Shown here piece by piece: positions 33,402-43,413 of a stretch of 64,000 bases of DNA. Numbering within the stretch: position 1 is the first letter of the stretch; each line of letters starts with the position of its first letter. The notes under the pieces are model-generated. The model was not told the DNA's origin. It saw only the letters and a list, made by a program, of their open reading frames with translations, and did no database searches. The position numbers were made by a program, and so were the translations under genes. Source of the DNA: a virus (taxonomy: Duplodnaviria; Caudoviricetes); IMG/VR virus record IMGVR_UViG_3300025961_000012, positions 13,109 to 77,108 of that record; one strand, written 5' to 3'.

Positions 33402-35404
33402 TGCCTTGCGATTCGAGCATTCCAATTGTCCCGGTCAGCGGTTTTTTGGATCGCCGCAGCACGGTCGATTTGGTGCCATTCGGGGGCTATCGCCGGGCCG
33501 ACAACGTAGATGTCACCACCAAGCAGCGCCTGTGTCGCGCCCGCGGGTGGACCAAACATCGCGACGCGGACCCTTACAACAATCAGGACCTGCACAATCA
33601 GCTCGTCGTCCCGGGGCTCGAGCAGTCGCCGACCTTGCTCTATCAGGCCCGCACAGGTGCTGGCTTCACGAAACTGTTCGCGGCCACACAGAACCGGATT
33701 TATTCGGAGGTACCAGCCACGGGCAACTGGCGGTTGCTTTCCGACGAGTTTGGCGGTGAACCAGAGGATTGTTCGGAGATCCTGTGGAGCGCTGGGCACG
33801 TCGGCCAAATCGTGGTTTTCAGCAATAACGTGGATCCACCGGTGTCCAGCTTTGTTGACCAGGGGCCAAATGAGCCAAATAACCAGAGTGTAAGCCCAAT
33901 TCGCGACTTGGAGCGGCTCAACGTGACGCGCGTCGGGCTCGTCATCGCGTGGAACAACGTGATGTTCTACATGGACGTGGAACAGGACGGCGTGCGCGTG
34001 CGCAATCGGGTGCTGTGGAGCGATTACAAGCGGCCCCTCTCGATCGTGCCCAACAAGGGCATCAGTCTGGCCGGCACGAGCGATTTGCTGTCAGGCGAGA
34101 TTATCCTCGCGGCGGCGCCGATGGCCGATGCGCTCATGATTTACACGAGCATGAGGATCTGGGAGGTGCGCGTCAGCGGCGATGACAACGTGTTCTCGTT
34201 CAACAAACGGTACACGCACGAAGAGGGCAGCCGATGTCTGGCCTACAAACGCACGCTTGTAACGACTGGCTCAAGTCATTATTACATGGGACGAGACGGG
34301 ATTTACCGCTACTCGTTTTATGTCACTGAACCGGAACTTGTTGAATACATCCACCGGGCGAGTGCCGTCATCTTTGACGACATCAACACGGAGGCGTGCA
34401 ATGCGCATTGTGCGGAGTTTTTCCCAGATCGCCGGCAGGTTTGGTTCTCGTGGGCGCGCGCCGGCGAGGCGTGTCCTGGCAATACGCTGGTTGTCGGGAC
34501 CGAGTTTCCATTTTGCTCTGTCATCGACGAAGGTTTCACCGCGTTCGTCAACACGGAACCGCACAATAACCTGATCCTGCGCGATTGGATCCGGGACCTC
34601 TGCATCTGCACCACGGCGGAGCTTGTCGAGAACGGGTTCGGATTCATCAACGAAGGCGGTTATTGCACCCCTCAAAGTGACCCCGAATGTCCGACGCGGC
34701 CGCACTCGTTTTACACGCAGACGCCGCGCTACGAAGCGGACATCGACGTCACAACCGAGGAATGGACCCAGGCCACGCCCGATGCGGACTCGTTTGCGTC
34801 CCTGTTCCAGACGCTGACAGTTGACCAGCTTTGCAACACGGAATTCCTGGCCGGCGAATGCAACGCCAGCGCGACCTTCGTCATGGCGAGTTCCGTGGAT
34901 AAATGCCTGAAGGACGCCGCAGAAGTGTTTTACCGTGAACACTGCACGTCCACGGTCGGCTGTGGGACCTACTCGAAGGACGGCTACAAGAGCCTGCTGA
35001 CGTCCGGGGCCCTGCATTTCAACGCGCCTGACCGGGAAAAGATTGCGTCCTGCTTCCAGGTCGAGGCGCACCCGGAACCGGCAACGGTTCCTGGGCAGAT
35101 GATCTTTCGAATTGGGGTGGCAACGCAGGCCATCGACCCGATCACGGCGTCCGGGCGCTGCATGATCGCCTGGGAGGAACAGGATCCGTTCGTGCTCGAG
35201 TGCCAAAGTGACCTGACGCTGGCTCAATCTCGCGCTGAAGGCACGTTTCCAGATCAACCGTTTGCCTGGCCGCTGTTTGCCAAGGGATTTTACCTGTATT
35301 ACGAGATCGAGATCGGCAATCCGCGCTCGACGCCGCGCGACACCGGCGCCGCCGTCTGCATTTCGCGCTATGATCTGACAGCTCGGCAGTTGAGCAAGTG
35401 TTGA
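33401..35404 (+). CDS. Putative tail nozzle / DNA-stabilisation protein (P22 gp10/T7 gp12-like)
   Basis: Beta-propeller-like repeats (RVLWSDY, GEIILAAAPMADALMIYTS.RIW, HYYMGRDGIY), size and position; ATG at 33401. Confidence 0.55.
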   Translation: MPCDSSIPIVPVSGFLDRRSTVDLVPFGGYRRADNVDVTTKQRLCRARGWTKHRDADPYNNQDLHNQLVVPGLEQSPTLLYQARTGAGFTKLFAATQNRIYSEVPATGNWRLLSDEFGGEPEDCSEILWSAGHVGQIVVFSNNVDPPVSSFVDQGPNEPNNQSVSPIRDLERLNVTRVGLVIAWNNVMFYMDVEQDGVRVRNRVLWSDYKRPLSIVPNKGISLAGTSDLLSGEIILAAAPMADALMIYTSMRIWEVRVSGDDNVFSFNKRYTHEEGSRCLAYKRTLVTTGSSHYYMGRDGIYRYSFYVTEPELVEYIHRASAVIFDDINTEACNAHCAEFFPDRRQVWFSWARAGEACPGNTLVVGTEFPFCSVIDEGFTAFVNTEPHNNLILRDWIRDLCICTTAELVENGFGFINEGGYCTPQSDPECPTRPHSFYTQTPRYEADIDVTTEEWTQATPDADSFASLFQTLTVDQLCNTEFLAGECNASATFVMASSVDKCLKDAAEVFYREHCTSTVGCGTYSKDGYKSLLTSGALHFNAPDREKIASCFQVEAHPEPATVPGQMIFRIGVATQAIDPITASGRCMIAWEEQDPFVLECQSDLTLAQSRAEGTFPDQPFAWPLFAKGFYLYYEIEIGNPRSTPRDTGAAVCISRYDLTARQLSKC

Positions 35405-35448
35405 ATCGTCTTGCGTGATAGCCGTTTCAGGTATCCACTCAAAACGTT

Positions 35449-35772
35449 ATGCCAGATTTTGATGCCGGAACGTATCGACCTGCTGGGGGGAGTCCTGCGG
35501 CCGACTTGAGTATCACGTTCGGCGGGACCACGGCGGCACCAATACTCGGAGGCCCTATGAGTGATTTTTTTGCTCCAACTTACATTCCGAACGGCGGGCA
35601 TCCGCCTGGCGGGCCGACTTTACCGGCTGGCCTGGGCGGAGGCGGACGCCAGGAGGTTTACATCGATCGCGCCCCTTATCCTCCGGACGACCCTACAAAG
35701 CCTGCCGTGAATTATCCTGCTGGGGGTGGATCAGAGCAGCAGTGGGATGTTGCGAGCCAAAGCTGGACTTAA
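35449..35772 (+). CDS. Pro/Gly-rich small virion protein with internal repeat
   Basis: PDFDAGTYRPAGGSP and SDFFAPTYIPNGGHP repeat units. Confidence 0.65.
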   Translation: MPDFDAGTYRPAGGSPAADLSITFGGTTAAPILGGPMSDFFAPTYIPNGGHPPGGPTLPAGLGGGGRQEVYIDRAPYPPDDPTKPAVNYPAGGGSEQQWDVASQSWT

Positions 35773-35775
35773 TCT

Positions 35776-38700
35776 ATGAAATTTCTTACTTCGCTCCTTC
35801 TTCTCGTCGCTACGACCTGCTTCGGCGCCGTGCCGGACTATAAGGCATTTCGCGGGACCGGTGGCATAACCATCGTGTCCAATCCACCGACTGGCAGCAT
35901 TGTCATCGATGGTTCTGCAATCTTCAGTCCCACAGGCGGCGTGTCGGCTACCGTGGCTTCGAACATCGCCACGTCCTACCACTCTTCCTCAACGAATGCC
36001 CTGACTTGGCCGTTCACCAACATGCTGTGGAGCAAGACGGTATTCGTGGATTCAGGAATTGGCAATGATGCCACTTCGGCACGGGGCGATGCGTCCAAGC
36101 CTTCATTGACGTTGTCGAATGCCGTTGCCAGGTCATCGGCCGGTGACACCATCTACATGCGGCCCGGGACATACAACCTGGGCACCAATCCTGTCACGCT
36201 CAAGGAGGGGCAAACATTAACAGGGGACCGGAATGCGATCGTAGTTTATAGGGGCGGCCTGGTTACAAACGGCGTCGGCATCGTCATGGCGGATAATGCG
36301 AGTGCATTTGGCTTCAGGCTCGACGCAACTAATGGGGTTGGCTTCGCTACAGCCGGCATCGGGACCTACGGCTTCGCTCTAGTGGGTTCTCAGGGTTCTT
36401 TCACAAACGCTACGATTCGGGATATTGAACTCCACGGCGATTCGGACGGCATCATAATCGTTCACAGCAACACCACGTCTTCGGTGATTCATTACAATGA
36501 CATCCACACCGCAGATGACACCATCGTTCTGGCTTCCGCTGGCTCTTCTGGCTGGGGGACCGACTTGAACTTCCATGACGTGCAGCACAACCGCCTTACG
36601 GTCACTCGGCCGAGTTTGTTCAATGCGGCTTCCCCGGTGAAATTCGTTGTGACCGGAAGCGGGCGAACCCTGTTCGCCAACAACTCTTTATTTATATCGA
36701 ATGCGAATTCAGCGGTGTCGATGATCCAGCCGTCGTCGGACACCTCGATCGTGATGGTCGGCAATAACAGCTATTTCGTCGCGACCACCAACGGCAGTTC
36801 GATTCTGGAATACGAGGATGCCAGCCCCTCTGGGAGCGCCACCCTGGTTGACCTCACTGGCACCATTGCTCCGACTTTGGTTACTCTCTCCGCCGGTGCC
36901 GGCACATTCACGCCGATGCACCAATCCACGACGTTATCAAATCTTCAGGCGTTCCCGGCTGGGCTCACGATAACGGCACCCTACCAAGCCGACACAGCTC
37001 CATTGTGGAAAAACAAGTGGGGCGCCAACGGCGGCCTCACAATCGGCATAACGAATCCCGCGCCAATTGGCGGTATCCTAACAACTGGAACAGTGACCAT
37101 GGGTGACCCGGTCACGAACATGGAGGTTAATGCCACCAGCGTCAGGATATTCCCCGGAAACACCGGTGCCACAAAATTCTTTCGCGTTGGTCAACCTGAC
37201 GGGGTTTCAAAGTCGATGACTTATTCAAATGCGCAGCTCAGGATATTGAACGCGTCCAGCATCAGCACTTTTCTTCACGACGGTATCAATGGTTCTGGAA
37301 CCACCACACTTCCGGGCTTTCTGAACGTAAGCAATGTCGCTACCTTCAATGGTCGAAGCGGATCCAGTTCACTTTCCCCGGCACTGATCGTTTCCCCCTA
37401 TCAGGGCGTGGACTGGTCTGCCGACTTCCTTCAGTTCAAGAGCACCAACGGCACCGTGCTGTTTGCAGTCAACAGCAACAACCAAGTCACGGTTTACGCC
37501 CTCATTGGAGCTGGCACAAACCGGTTTCAGGTGCTCGACACCAACGGCAACAAGGTGGTGTTCGTAGATACCAACAACCTGCTTGGCGCAAGCAACCTGA
37601 ACGTGGCTGGTTCCATGGAGATCACCAATAAAATTACGCAGAACGGTGGAGGCATTGGGGCTGACTTCTCTGGGGCCATTGTGGCTCGTGGCGGAAACAT
37701 TCTGGACGCCAATGGCCCCGTGGATGGTGTGACGAGAATCAGCCTGACTGCCGGTGGGAGCGTTGCGGTGAATGGAACAAATGGCTCAGGTGCTCCCGGC
37801 GTCGTCGTCAATAAAAATGGCAATGTTCTGATTCCAAGCGGATCTCCGTCTGCTGGCAAAGTACTCACGGCTGTCGATGGCACTGGCCTTGCAACATGGA
37901 GCGCGGGCGGAGGGGGAGCCACGGCATTCAGCAATCTTGTCGACGTCTCCCTGGGTAGCATTGGCGGCCCGCTTCTGGACGGTGACACGTTGTTCTACAA
38001 TCTGGCTGGGGGCTTCTGGTACAATCAAAATCCGTTCTTCCAGATCAACCTCACCATCACCGTGTTGACCAACATCACCATAAATGTCGGCACCAACATG
38101 GAACAAAGCGTTGCCGTTCAAACGAGCAATTCCTTCGGAGTGGTTTACAGCGGAACACCAATGCCCGGCGAGAGGTACCACATCGCAGTGTTCAACACCA
38201 ACAGGGTCGTGGACATCAACATGACCAACAATTCCTACAATCCGTTGGTGGCCAGCAACGTTACGGTCTACACGATCAAATCGAATTCCATCGCGTCGTT
38301 CACCTTCATCAATCGAACAAACTGGAACGCCGCCGGGACGAATCGCTGGGAATTGGATCGTGAGATTGCGAAAGAGATGGAATTGGTTCCCGGTTCCAAC
38401 ATCACGTTCACCACGAACGCATTCAGCAGCACGGTCACCGTGTCTTCGTCCGCTGGTGGCGGCAATGTAAGCTCCAATTCATCTGGAGGAATTACTGCCA
38501 TTGGAGTGTCTACCAACCTTTCACCGATGTACATAACTATGAACGGTGGATCGGTTAATTATCTTTCCTACACGCCAAGCACCCTGACGTTTGGTTCCAC
38601 GGACACTGGAGTTCAGGACATCTTCTGGACTACGGCCAATGCACAATATCAGCTTGCCTATGGCACCGATTACAACGGGCTGATTCCGCTGGGTGGGGCT

Positions 38701-40137
38701 AATGATTTGGGAAGTTCGACTCATTATTGGGGCACTATATATGGCAGCAATGTTTTCATCAGAACCGGGGCTGGGCAGGCTCCTGCCGCTGGAAAGGTTC
38801 TCGTTGCCACTGATTCCAACGGACAGGTGGCGTGGAGTAATGCGCCTGTAATTGGATTGCAGTGTCCCGTGACCAATGGATTGATTTTGTTCACACATCC
38901 GTTATCTGGTTTCAGCAGGAGCGGGTCAACCGTAACTGGATGGCAAGATGCTTCCGGACAAGGCAATCACTTGACGGCAGTTGGGACAGGGCTGGAGGTG
39001 ATTGGCTCTGATCAAAGTGCATGTCTGTATTTTCCTTATGGTGGACAGCAGTATTTGACCAATCTAACACTGTCCATAAACAGCACAAATTGTTCTATCT
39101 TTATTGTGTTTTCTCCAGATGTGTTCGACGCAGGGCAGGCATCTGGAGTTACAAGTGGAGGATTGTGGGCATCTGCTGGACTCAATCCAAGCCTGCTGAA
39201 CTTTTCACAATCCCACTCTGGAGTTAATAATGATGCTGGCAATTTTGTTCTGTATTACACGGGAGCCGGGGCCACTTTTACATCCCTATATGCAGAGGAT
39301 GGAATTCAGTTTGGAGGATTGGTTAGCAATCCGCAGGGGGCTTATCTTAGATTAGCTGACAAATTATTCCCTGAAGCGGCAATAGACCAAACCACTTCCA
39401 CCGGAGTTACAATAGGAAATTTCAACAACACTTATTATTACAGCGGGAGAATGTTCGCAATTATGGCATACAATAGGCCGCTGCGATCTGAAGAAGTGGC
39501 ATCCATTCGCCGATGGTCTTATTCTGCTTTCCAGATCCAGAACCGGATTGCTCAAGTGGCAATTATAGGGGACTCAATATCTGCCGGATATTTATCCAGT
39601 AATCAATGTTCGTGGGTAAAGCTGACATCGCTTGCTAGCCCGGAGCTTAAGGTGCAAAACTATTCCGTGACGGGAAGCACGATTACCCAATGGACTAACA
39701 AGACCGTTTATCCATATATCAACATCGTAAGCAATGGAATTGGAACAAACTTCGCATCCCGCATTGGCGTGATCGAGTTGGGTTCAAACGAAGCCGCCAA
39801 TACCGTCCCTGACATAATGGGTCCGTTCACTAACCTTTGCACCCTGGCTAGGGCTTCTGGATTCACAAAGTTGATTGGTTCCACAATCCTTCCAAGAAAT
39901 TTAAGCGCGACAAATGAGTGGTGCAGGACAAACTTTAACGCCCTTCTAATTGCAAGTGGAACTACATGGGTAGATGGAATCGCAAACATCGCTGGAGATC
40001 CAATCATGGGCCTGAATGCGACGGCTACTGGTGGAATTTTTTACAATGCGGATGCCGTTCATCCTAATTTGCTAGGCAGCGAATTACTGGAGCCTATTTA
40101 CGAAAAAGAGATCAAAAGATTTCTTACAAGGCCATGA
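35776..40137 (+). CDS. Large tail spike/adhesin with Sec-type signal peptide, beta-helix region, lectin-like domain and C-terminal SGNH/GDSL hydrolase
   Basis: MKFLTSLLLLVATTCFGA; pectin-lyase-like start (SLTLSNAVARSSAGDTIYMRPGTY); IIGDSIS, ELGSNE, DAVHPN SGNH blocks. Confidence 0.8.
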   Translation: MKFLTSLLLLVATTCFGAVPDYKAFRGTGGITIVSNPPTGSIVIDGSAIFSPTGGVSATVASNIATSYHSSSTNALTWPFTNMLWSKTVFVDSGIGNDATSARGDASKPSLTLSNAVARSSAGDTIYMRPGTYNLGTNPVTLKEGQTLTGDRNAIVVYRGGLVTNGVGIVMADNASAFGFRLDATNGVGFATAGIGTYGFALVGSQGSFTNATIRDIELHGDSDGIIIVHSNTTSSVIHYNDIHTADDTIVLASAGSSGWGTDLNFHDVQHNRLTVTRPSLFNAASPVKFVVTGSGRTLFANNSLFISNANSAVSMIQPSSDTSIVMVGNNSYFVATTNGSSILEYEDASPSGSATLVDLTGTIAPTLVTLSAGAGTFTPMHQSTTLSNLQAFPAGLTITAPYQADTAPLWKNKWGANGGLTIGITNPAPIGGILTTGTVTMGDPVTNMEVNATSVRIFPGNTGATKFFRVGQPDGVSKSMTYSNAQLRILNASSISTFLHDGINGSGTTTLPGFLNVSNVATFNGRSGSSSLSPALIVSPYQGVDWSADFLQFKSTNGTVLFAVNSNNQVTVYALIGAGTNRFQVLDTNGNKVVFVDTNNLLGASNLNVAGSMEITNKITQNGGGIGADFSGAIVARGGNILDANGPVDGVTRISLTAGGSVAVNGTNGSGAPGVVVNKNGNVLIPSGSPSAGKVLTAVDGTGLATWSAGGGGATAFSNLVDVSLGSIGGPLLDGDTLFYNLAGGFWYNQNPFFQINLTITVLTNITINVGTNMEQSVAVQTSNSFGVVYSGTPMPGERYHIAVFNTNRVVDINMTNNSYNPLVASNVTVYTIKSNSIASFTFINRTNWNAAGTNRWELDREIAKEMELVPGSNITFTTNAFSSTVTVSSSAGGGNVSSNSSGGITAIGVSTNLSPMYITMNGGSVNYLSYTPSTLTFGSTDTGVQDIFWTTANAQYQLAYGTDYNGLIPLGGANDLGSSTHYWGTIYGSNVFIRTGAGQAPAAGKVLVATDSNGQVAWSNAPVIGLQCPVTNGLILFTHPLSGFSRSGSTVTGWQDASGQGNHLTAVGTGLEVIGSDQSACLYFPYGGQQYLTNLTLSINSTNCSIFIVFSPDVFDAGQASGVTSGGLWASAGLNPSLLNFSQSHSGVNNDAGNFVLYYTGAGATFTSLYAEDGIQFGGLVSNPQGAYLRLADKLFPEAAIDQTTSTGVTIGNFNNTYYYSGRMFAIMAYNRPLRSEEVASIRRWSYSAFQIQNRIAQVAIIGDSISAGYLSSNQCSWVKLTSLASPELKVQNYSVTGSTITQWTNKTVYPYINIVSNGIGTNFASRIGVIELGSNEAANTVPDIMGPFTNLCTLARASGFTKLIGSTILPRNLSATNEWCRTNFNALLIASGTTWVDGIANIAGDPIMGLNATATGGIFYNADAVHPNLLGSELLEPIYEKEIKRFLTRP

Positions 40138-41504
40138 GGGGTTTAATCATTATTACCCTGTTTTGGTATATCGCATTTTGTAATGGTGCAACAATAACTG
40201 CTGTGTCGTGCAGTCTTCTTGATGTCAGTAATTCCGTCGCCAATGCCTCACAAGGCGACACGATTATCGTGCCATCTGGTAACGCGACGTGGACGGACGA
40301 AATTAGAGTCAGCTATAAAAGTATTAGAATTATTTTTGCTGAAATAGGTCAAACAACCATCACTAGGGATACTACTGGGTCCAACTCTAAAAGGGCGCTT
40401 TTCTTTTTAATGGATACCACAAATACATGCTATCTCTCTGGAGCTACTTGGAGGACTGTTAATCCAGCTACATTTGGAATTATTGGATGGGGAACAGCAG
40501 GTCCATTCAAGCAGCAAAGTATCGCAAGATTTACGCGACTAAAGGTTATTTATACCCCAAGCGGAGCAGGAATAAGCGCAAGTGGATCAAGGGGAATTAC
40601 TATATCTGGAGCCTACGGAGTAATAGACCATTGCTGGCTTGAATCCACGAATGCTTCAGGAGGACAGATGATTACGATAGACACGGATAACAATGCCTCA
40701 ACATCAAACACATGGCACACAGTTCAATCGCTCGGTGATACTAACTGCGTCTGTATTGAGGATTGTGTTTTCAGCGGATTTGCTCCGAATGATGGGGCTA
40801 TTGATATGTATGTCGGAATGAAAGCAACCGTTCGTTATTTCATCTCCACCAATACAAATTTCGGAACTCATGGCTACGATTCTTCAATTCGTTCATCTAA
40901 ATCATTGGAATGTTACATGGGACAAATTTACAACACTGGAACACAAGCTGCGCCGGGTTATGCTTTCAAGCTACGCGGCGGCACTGGAGTGTTTTGGAGC
41001 AATACTGTTATAAACATTTCAGGAACCGGAATAGGGAGCGGGCTGACGCATCAATACTATCGAGCGGATACCAACTGCATATCCTTGGATACGTGCCCAA
41101 GCATTTGCAACGGCTCATCTCTTGAGGATGGAAACTTTGACAGCTACGGATACCCCGGTCTGGACCAATCGGGGCGAGGCTCTTTCTCTGTCAGCAGCAC
41201 ATGGAAAAGCGGGGCGGCATCCTACGCAACGAACGATTACGAAGCGTTGGAGCCAGTTTACCAGTGGAACAACACCATTGATGGCACGAACTGGTTGCAA
41301 AGCGTCACGCTTAATCCGGGTCAGGATACGAACTACGTGGTTAATCCAACCCGGCTGATTCAGCCGAATCGGGACTATTATGACAACATTGCAAGACCAG
41401 GTTATGCGCCGCTTTCCTATCCGCATCCATTAGTGGTAGCTCAAGATGGAAACAACACCCCCCGCACCTCCCGCATTCGCGGAATCAGTTTGATGGCAAG
41501 ATGA
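40134..41504 (+). CDS. Secreted right-handed beta-helix (pectin-lyase-like) protein
   Basis: Hydrophobic leader ending CNGA; DVSNSVANASQGDTIIVPSG..TW; GVIDHC; C-terminal PGYAPLSYPHPL; AT-rich codons. Confidence 0.7.
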   Translation: MRGLIIITLFWYIAFCNGATITAVSCSLLDVSNSVANASQGDTIIVPSGNATWTDEIRVSYKSIRIIFAEIGQTTITRDTTGSNSKRALFFLMDTTNTCYLSGATWRTVNPATFGIIGWGTAGPFKQQSIARFTRLKVIYTPSGAGISASGSRGITISGAYGVIDHCWLESTNASGGQMITIDTDNNASTSNTWHTVQSLGDTNCVCIEDCVFSGFAPNDGAIDMYVGMKATVRYFISTNTNFGTHGYDSSIRSSKSLECYMGQIYNTGTQAAPGYAFKLRGGTGVFWSNTVINISGTGIGSGLTHQYYRADTNCISLDTCPSICNGSSLEDGNFDSYGYPGLDQSGRGSFSVSSTWKSGAASYATNDYEALEPVYQWNNTIDGTNWLQSVTLNPGQDTNYVVNPTRLIQPNRDYYDNIARPGYAPLSYPHPLVVAQDGNNTPRTSRIRGISLMAR

Positions 41505-41622
41505 ATTATGAACCTCGGAGTTGACCAGCCGAAGCGTAGCAAAGTTAACCATAACCGATGGCGTACCGAGTTGCAGTAATCTTTGGCTGTTCAACCCGCT
41601 GATCGCACGTTAACTTGAAACC

Positions 41623-42087
41623 ATGAAAAAGATCGCAATCGCAATCGCGCTGGCTGCTGCGCTGGCAAGCTGCCAGGCCCAGCGGGTGGCGCTGAGATTC
41701 GAGACGTTCGTAATCGGCAACGAAACCAACGAGTACGCTCTCGTCTCTTCGGAGCAGCTTTCCAACCATCAATGTTCGATTTACATTCACTCGAGCGAAT
41801 ACCCGACATACATCGCCGCCGGGTTCGCGTGCTACAACCAGCTTCAGTGGGTGGGATATGGCACCGCAGAAACGGATAACGAGTGGATGTTCGGATGGTC
41901 GATCAATACGCCATGCTCGGGCGCGGGCGCCCTGCTGGCAACCCCACAGCTCATGGAGGAGAAAGACATCCCTGGTTCCATCGCCCGATACCGAATGACA
42001 ATTGACGGAATCGAACACAGGATAGTTCCGTTCAAAGATCAAACTGGCTGGAAATCGTTCAGGTTCTTGTGTGTCCCAACCCGCTAA
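41623..42087 (+). CDS. Putative lipoprotein
   Basis: MKKIAIAIALAAALASC lipobox (LASC). Confidence 0.75.
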   Translation: MKKIAIAIALAAALASCQAQRVALRFETFVIGNETNEYALVSSEQLSNHQCSIYIHSSEYPTYIAAGFACYNQLQWVGYGTAETDNEWMFGWSINTPCSGAGALLATPQLMEEKDIPGSIARYRMTIDGIEHRIVPFKDQTGWKSFRFLCVPTR

Positions 42088-42103
42088 ATCAACCATCAAA
42101 TGA

Positions 42104-42334
42104 ATGACCTTCAAGCAATGGGAAGAATGGCAGCGGTGGAGAGGGTCCACTGAAGAACGCATGAAAAGCGCTGAAGAAAAACTTTGTGAGCAGGATGAGA
42201 AGCTGGCCGAACTTCAAAATGCCGTCTCAGCGGTTCTCCAGAAGATTGCTGTCCCGCTGTTTTTCGTGTCCATTGGCGGCGTAGTGCTCGGCGGAATCGT
42301 GGTGGCGCTGGTTGGTAAACTGTTGACCAAATGA
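42104..42334 (+). CDS. Holin-like/XhlA-like membrane protein
   Basis: Coiled coil followed by a C-terminal TM helix (IAVPLFFVSIGGVVLGGIVVALV). Confidence 0.55.
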   Translation: MTFKQWEEWQRWRGSTEERMKSAEEKLCEQDEKLAELQNAVSAVLQKIAVPLFFVSIGGVVLGGIVVALVGKLLTK

Positions 42335-42337
42335 CTT

Positions 42338-42640
42338 ATGGATTTTGAAATGCAGTGGATGGCGATGAAGTTCCAGTTCGGAATGCTGCTGGGCCTGTCA
42401 GCGTGGGCATTGGCGCTCAACGTTACATTCGGCCTTGTAAACACTGGCTTGAAAGAGCTGGCAGAAAAGGTCATCCCTGAAGACAGCGACAGGATCAACG
42501 CGATATTCAAGACGCGCACCTATCGTGTAATTGCATGGCTCCTGGACAAGCTGATGCGGATTAAAATGCCGCAGCAAGGCAGGAAGCCCGGCGACACTCA
42601 GTTCATTCCGAAAGATCCACCACCACCAAACCAAACATGA
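42338..42640 (+). CDS. Holin-like membrane protein
   Basis: N-terminal TM segment plus a second amphipathic/hydrophobic helix; in the lysis cluster. Confidence 0.5.
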   Translation: MDFEMQWMAMKFQFGMLLGLSAWALALNVTFGLVNTGLKELAEKVIPEDSDRINAIFKTRTYRVIAWLLDKLMRIKMPQQGRKPGDTQFIPKDPPPPNQT

Positions 42641-42810
42641 AAAAACTCGTATATCCCGCAATCCTGGCACTGGGCCTCATCGGCTCCGGCTGTGCAGTCA
42701 TGAAGGGCGTCGTCAAAGACGTGGCGGCCGTCATCGAGAAAGCCGTTGACGTGCCGATCGGCGTTTACACCAACAGCGTCGACTCCGCAAAGAGCCTCAT
42801 CGGCAAGTAA
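42637..42810 (+). CDS. Small lipoprotein, 57 aa (below the ORF-track cutoff)
   Basis: Hand translation: MKKLVYPAILALGLIGSGCAVMKGVVKDVAAVIEKAVDVPIGVYTNSVDSAKSLIGK; lipobox GSGC; coupled at both ends. Confidence 0.75.
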   Translation: MKKLVYPAILALGLIGSGCAVMKGVVKDVAAVIEKAVDVPIGVYTNSVDSAKSLIGK

Positions 42811-43031
42811 TGTGGGCGACCGCTGTCAAACTGGCGCTGTCGGTTCTGGGCTTCTTCTTCGAACGTTTCAAGAAGAGGGCTGAGGACACGCCGGAAAATA
42901 AGCGCGATGAAATCGATCAAGCCATCAACGATGGTGACGAGGGCCAGGTTAACAAGCTTCTTGATGACGCTGTGTCTGGCGACGGGGTGCGGCCTGTTGA
43001 CAAAAACCCGCGTCCGAGTGATCCCTGCTGA
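42810..43031 (+). CDS. Putative i-spanin (Rz-like)
   Basis: N-terminal TM anchor, charged helical domain, overlapped by a lipoprotein ORF. Confidence 0.6.
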   Translation: MWATAVKLALSVLGFFFERFKKRAEDTPENKRDEIDQAINDGDEGQVNKLLDDAVSGDGVRPVDKNPRPSDPC

Positions 43032-43158
43032 CAAGGCCGTCGTCAGGATGCCCATGGGCGTGCCGTTCACCCCCACGAACGGCAGCGGTTATTTCGTCCC
43101 CGACGCTCGAATGCAGGACATCCTGAAGCGCGGTTTGATTGGCACCAATGGCAACTGA
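42931..43158 (+). CDS. Putative o-spanin (Rz1-like lipoprotein) overlapping the i-spanin
   Basis: LMTLCLATGC lipobox; begins inside 42810-43031 in another frame, as in overlapped spanin pairs. Confidence 0.65.
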   Translation: MVTRARLTSFLMTLCLATGCGLLTKTRVRVIPADKAVVRMPMGVPFTPTNGSGYFVPDARMQDILKRGLIGTNGN

Positions 43159-43372
43159 ATCCGAAAGAGCTGAACTCGCCCGACTGGCTGGAAGCTCCTC
43201 GCCGCTGGTGCAGGTGGTTCAATTCCCGAAGCTGGCTGATGCCCTCGGACCGTTCCTGCCGCGGGCGGCCATAGCCTTGCGCGATTGGGACGAGAAAGTT
43301 GAAGTGTGGCGCAAGAGCGTGCTGGCACAGCGCGAAACCGGTGGGTCACTGCCGACGCCACCGACACCTTAA
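43148..43372 (+). CDS. Hypothetical protein (74 aa)
   Basis: MATESERAELARL...; protein-like. Confidence 0.65.
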   Translation: MATESERAELARLAGSSSPLVQVVQFPKLADALGPFLPRAAIALRDWDEKVEVWRKSVLAQRETGGSLPTPPTP

Positions 43373-43413
43373 TCATTGCACCTGCATAGATTCGGCGTAA
43401 AGGTTCTACCGAA

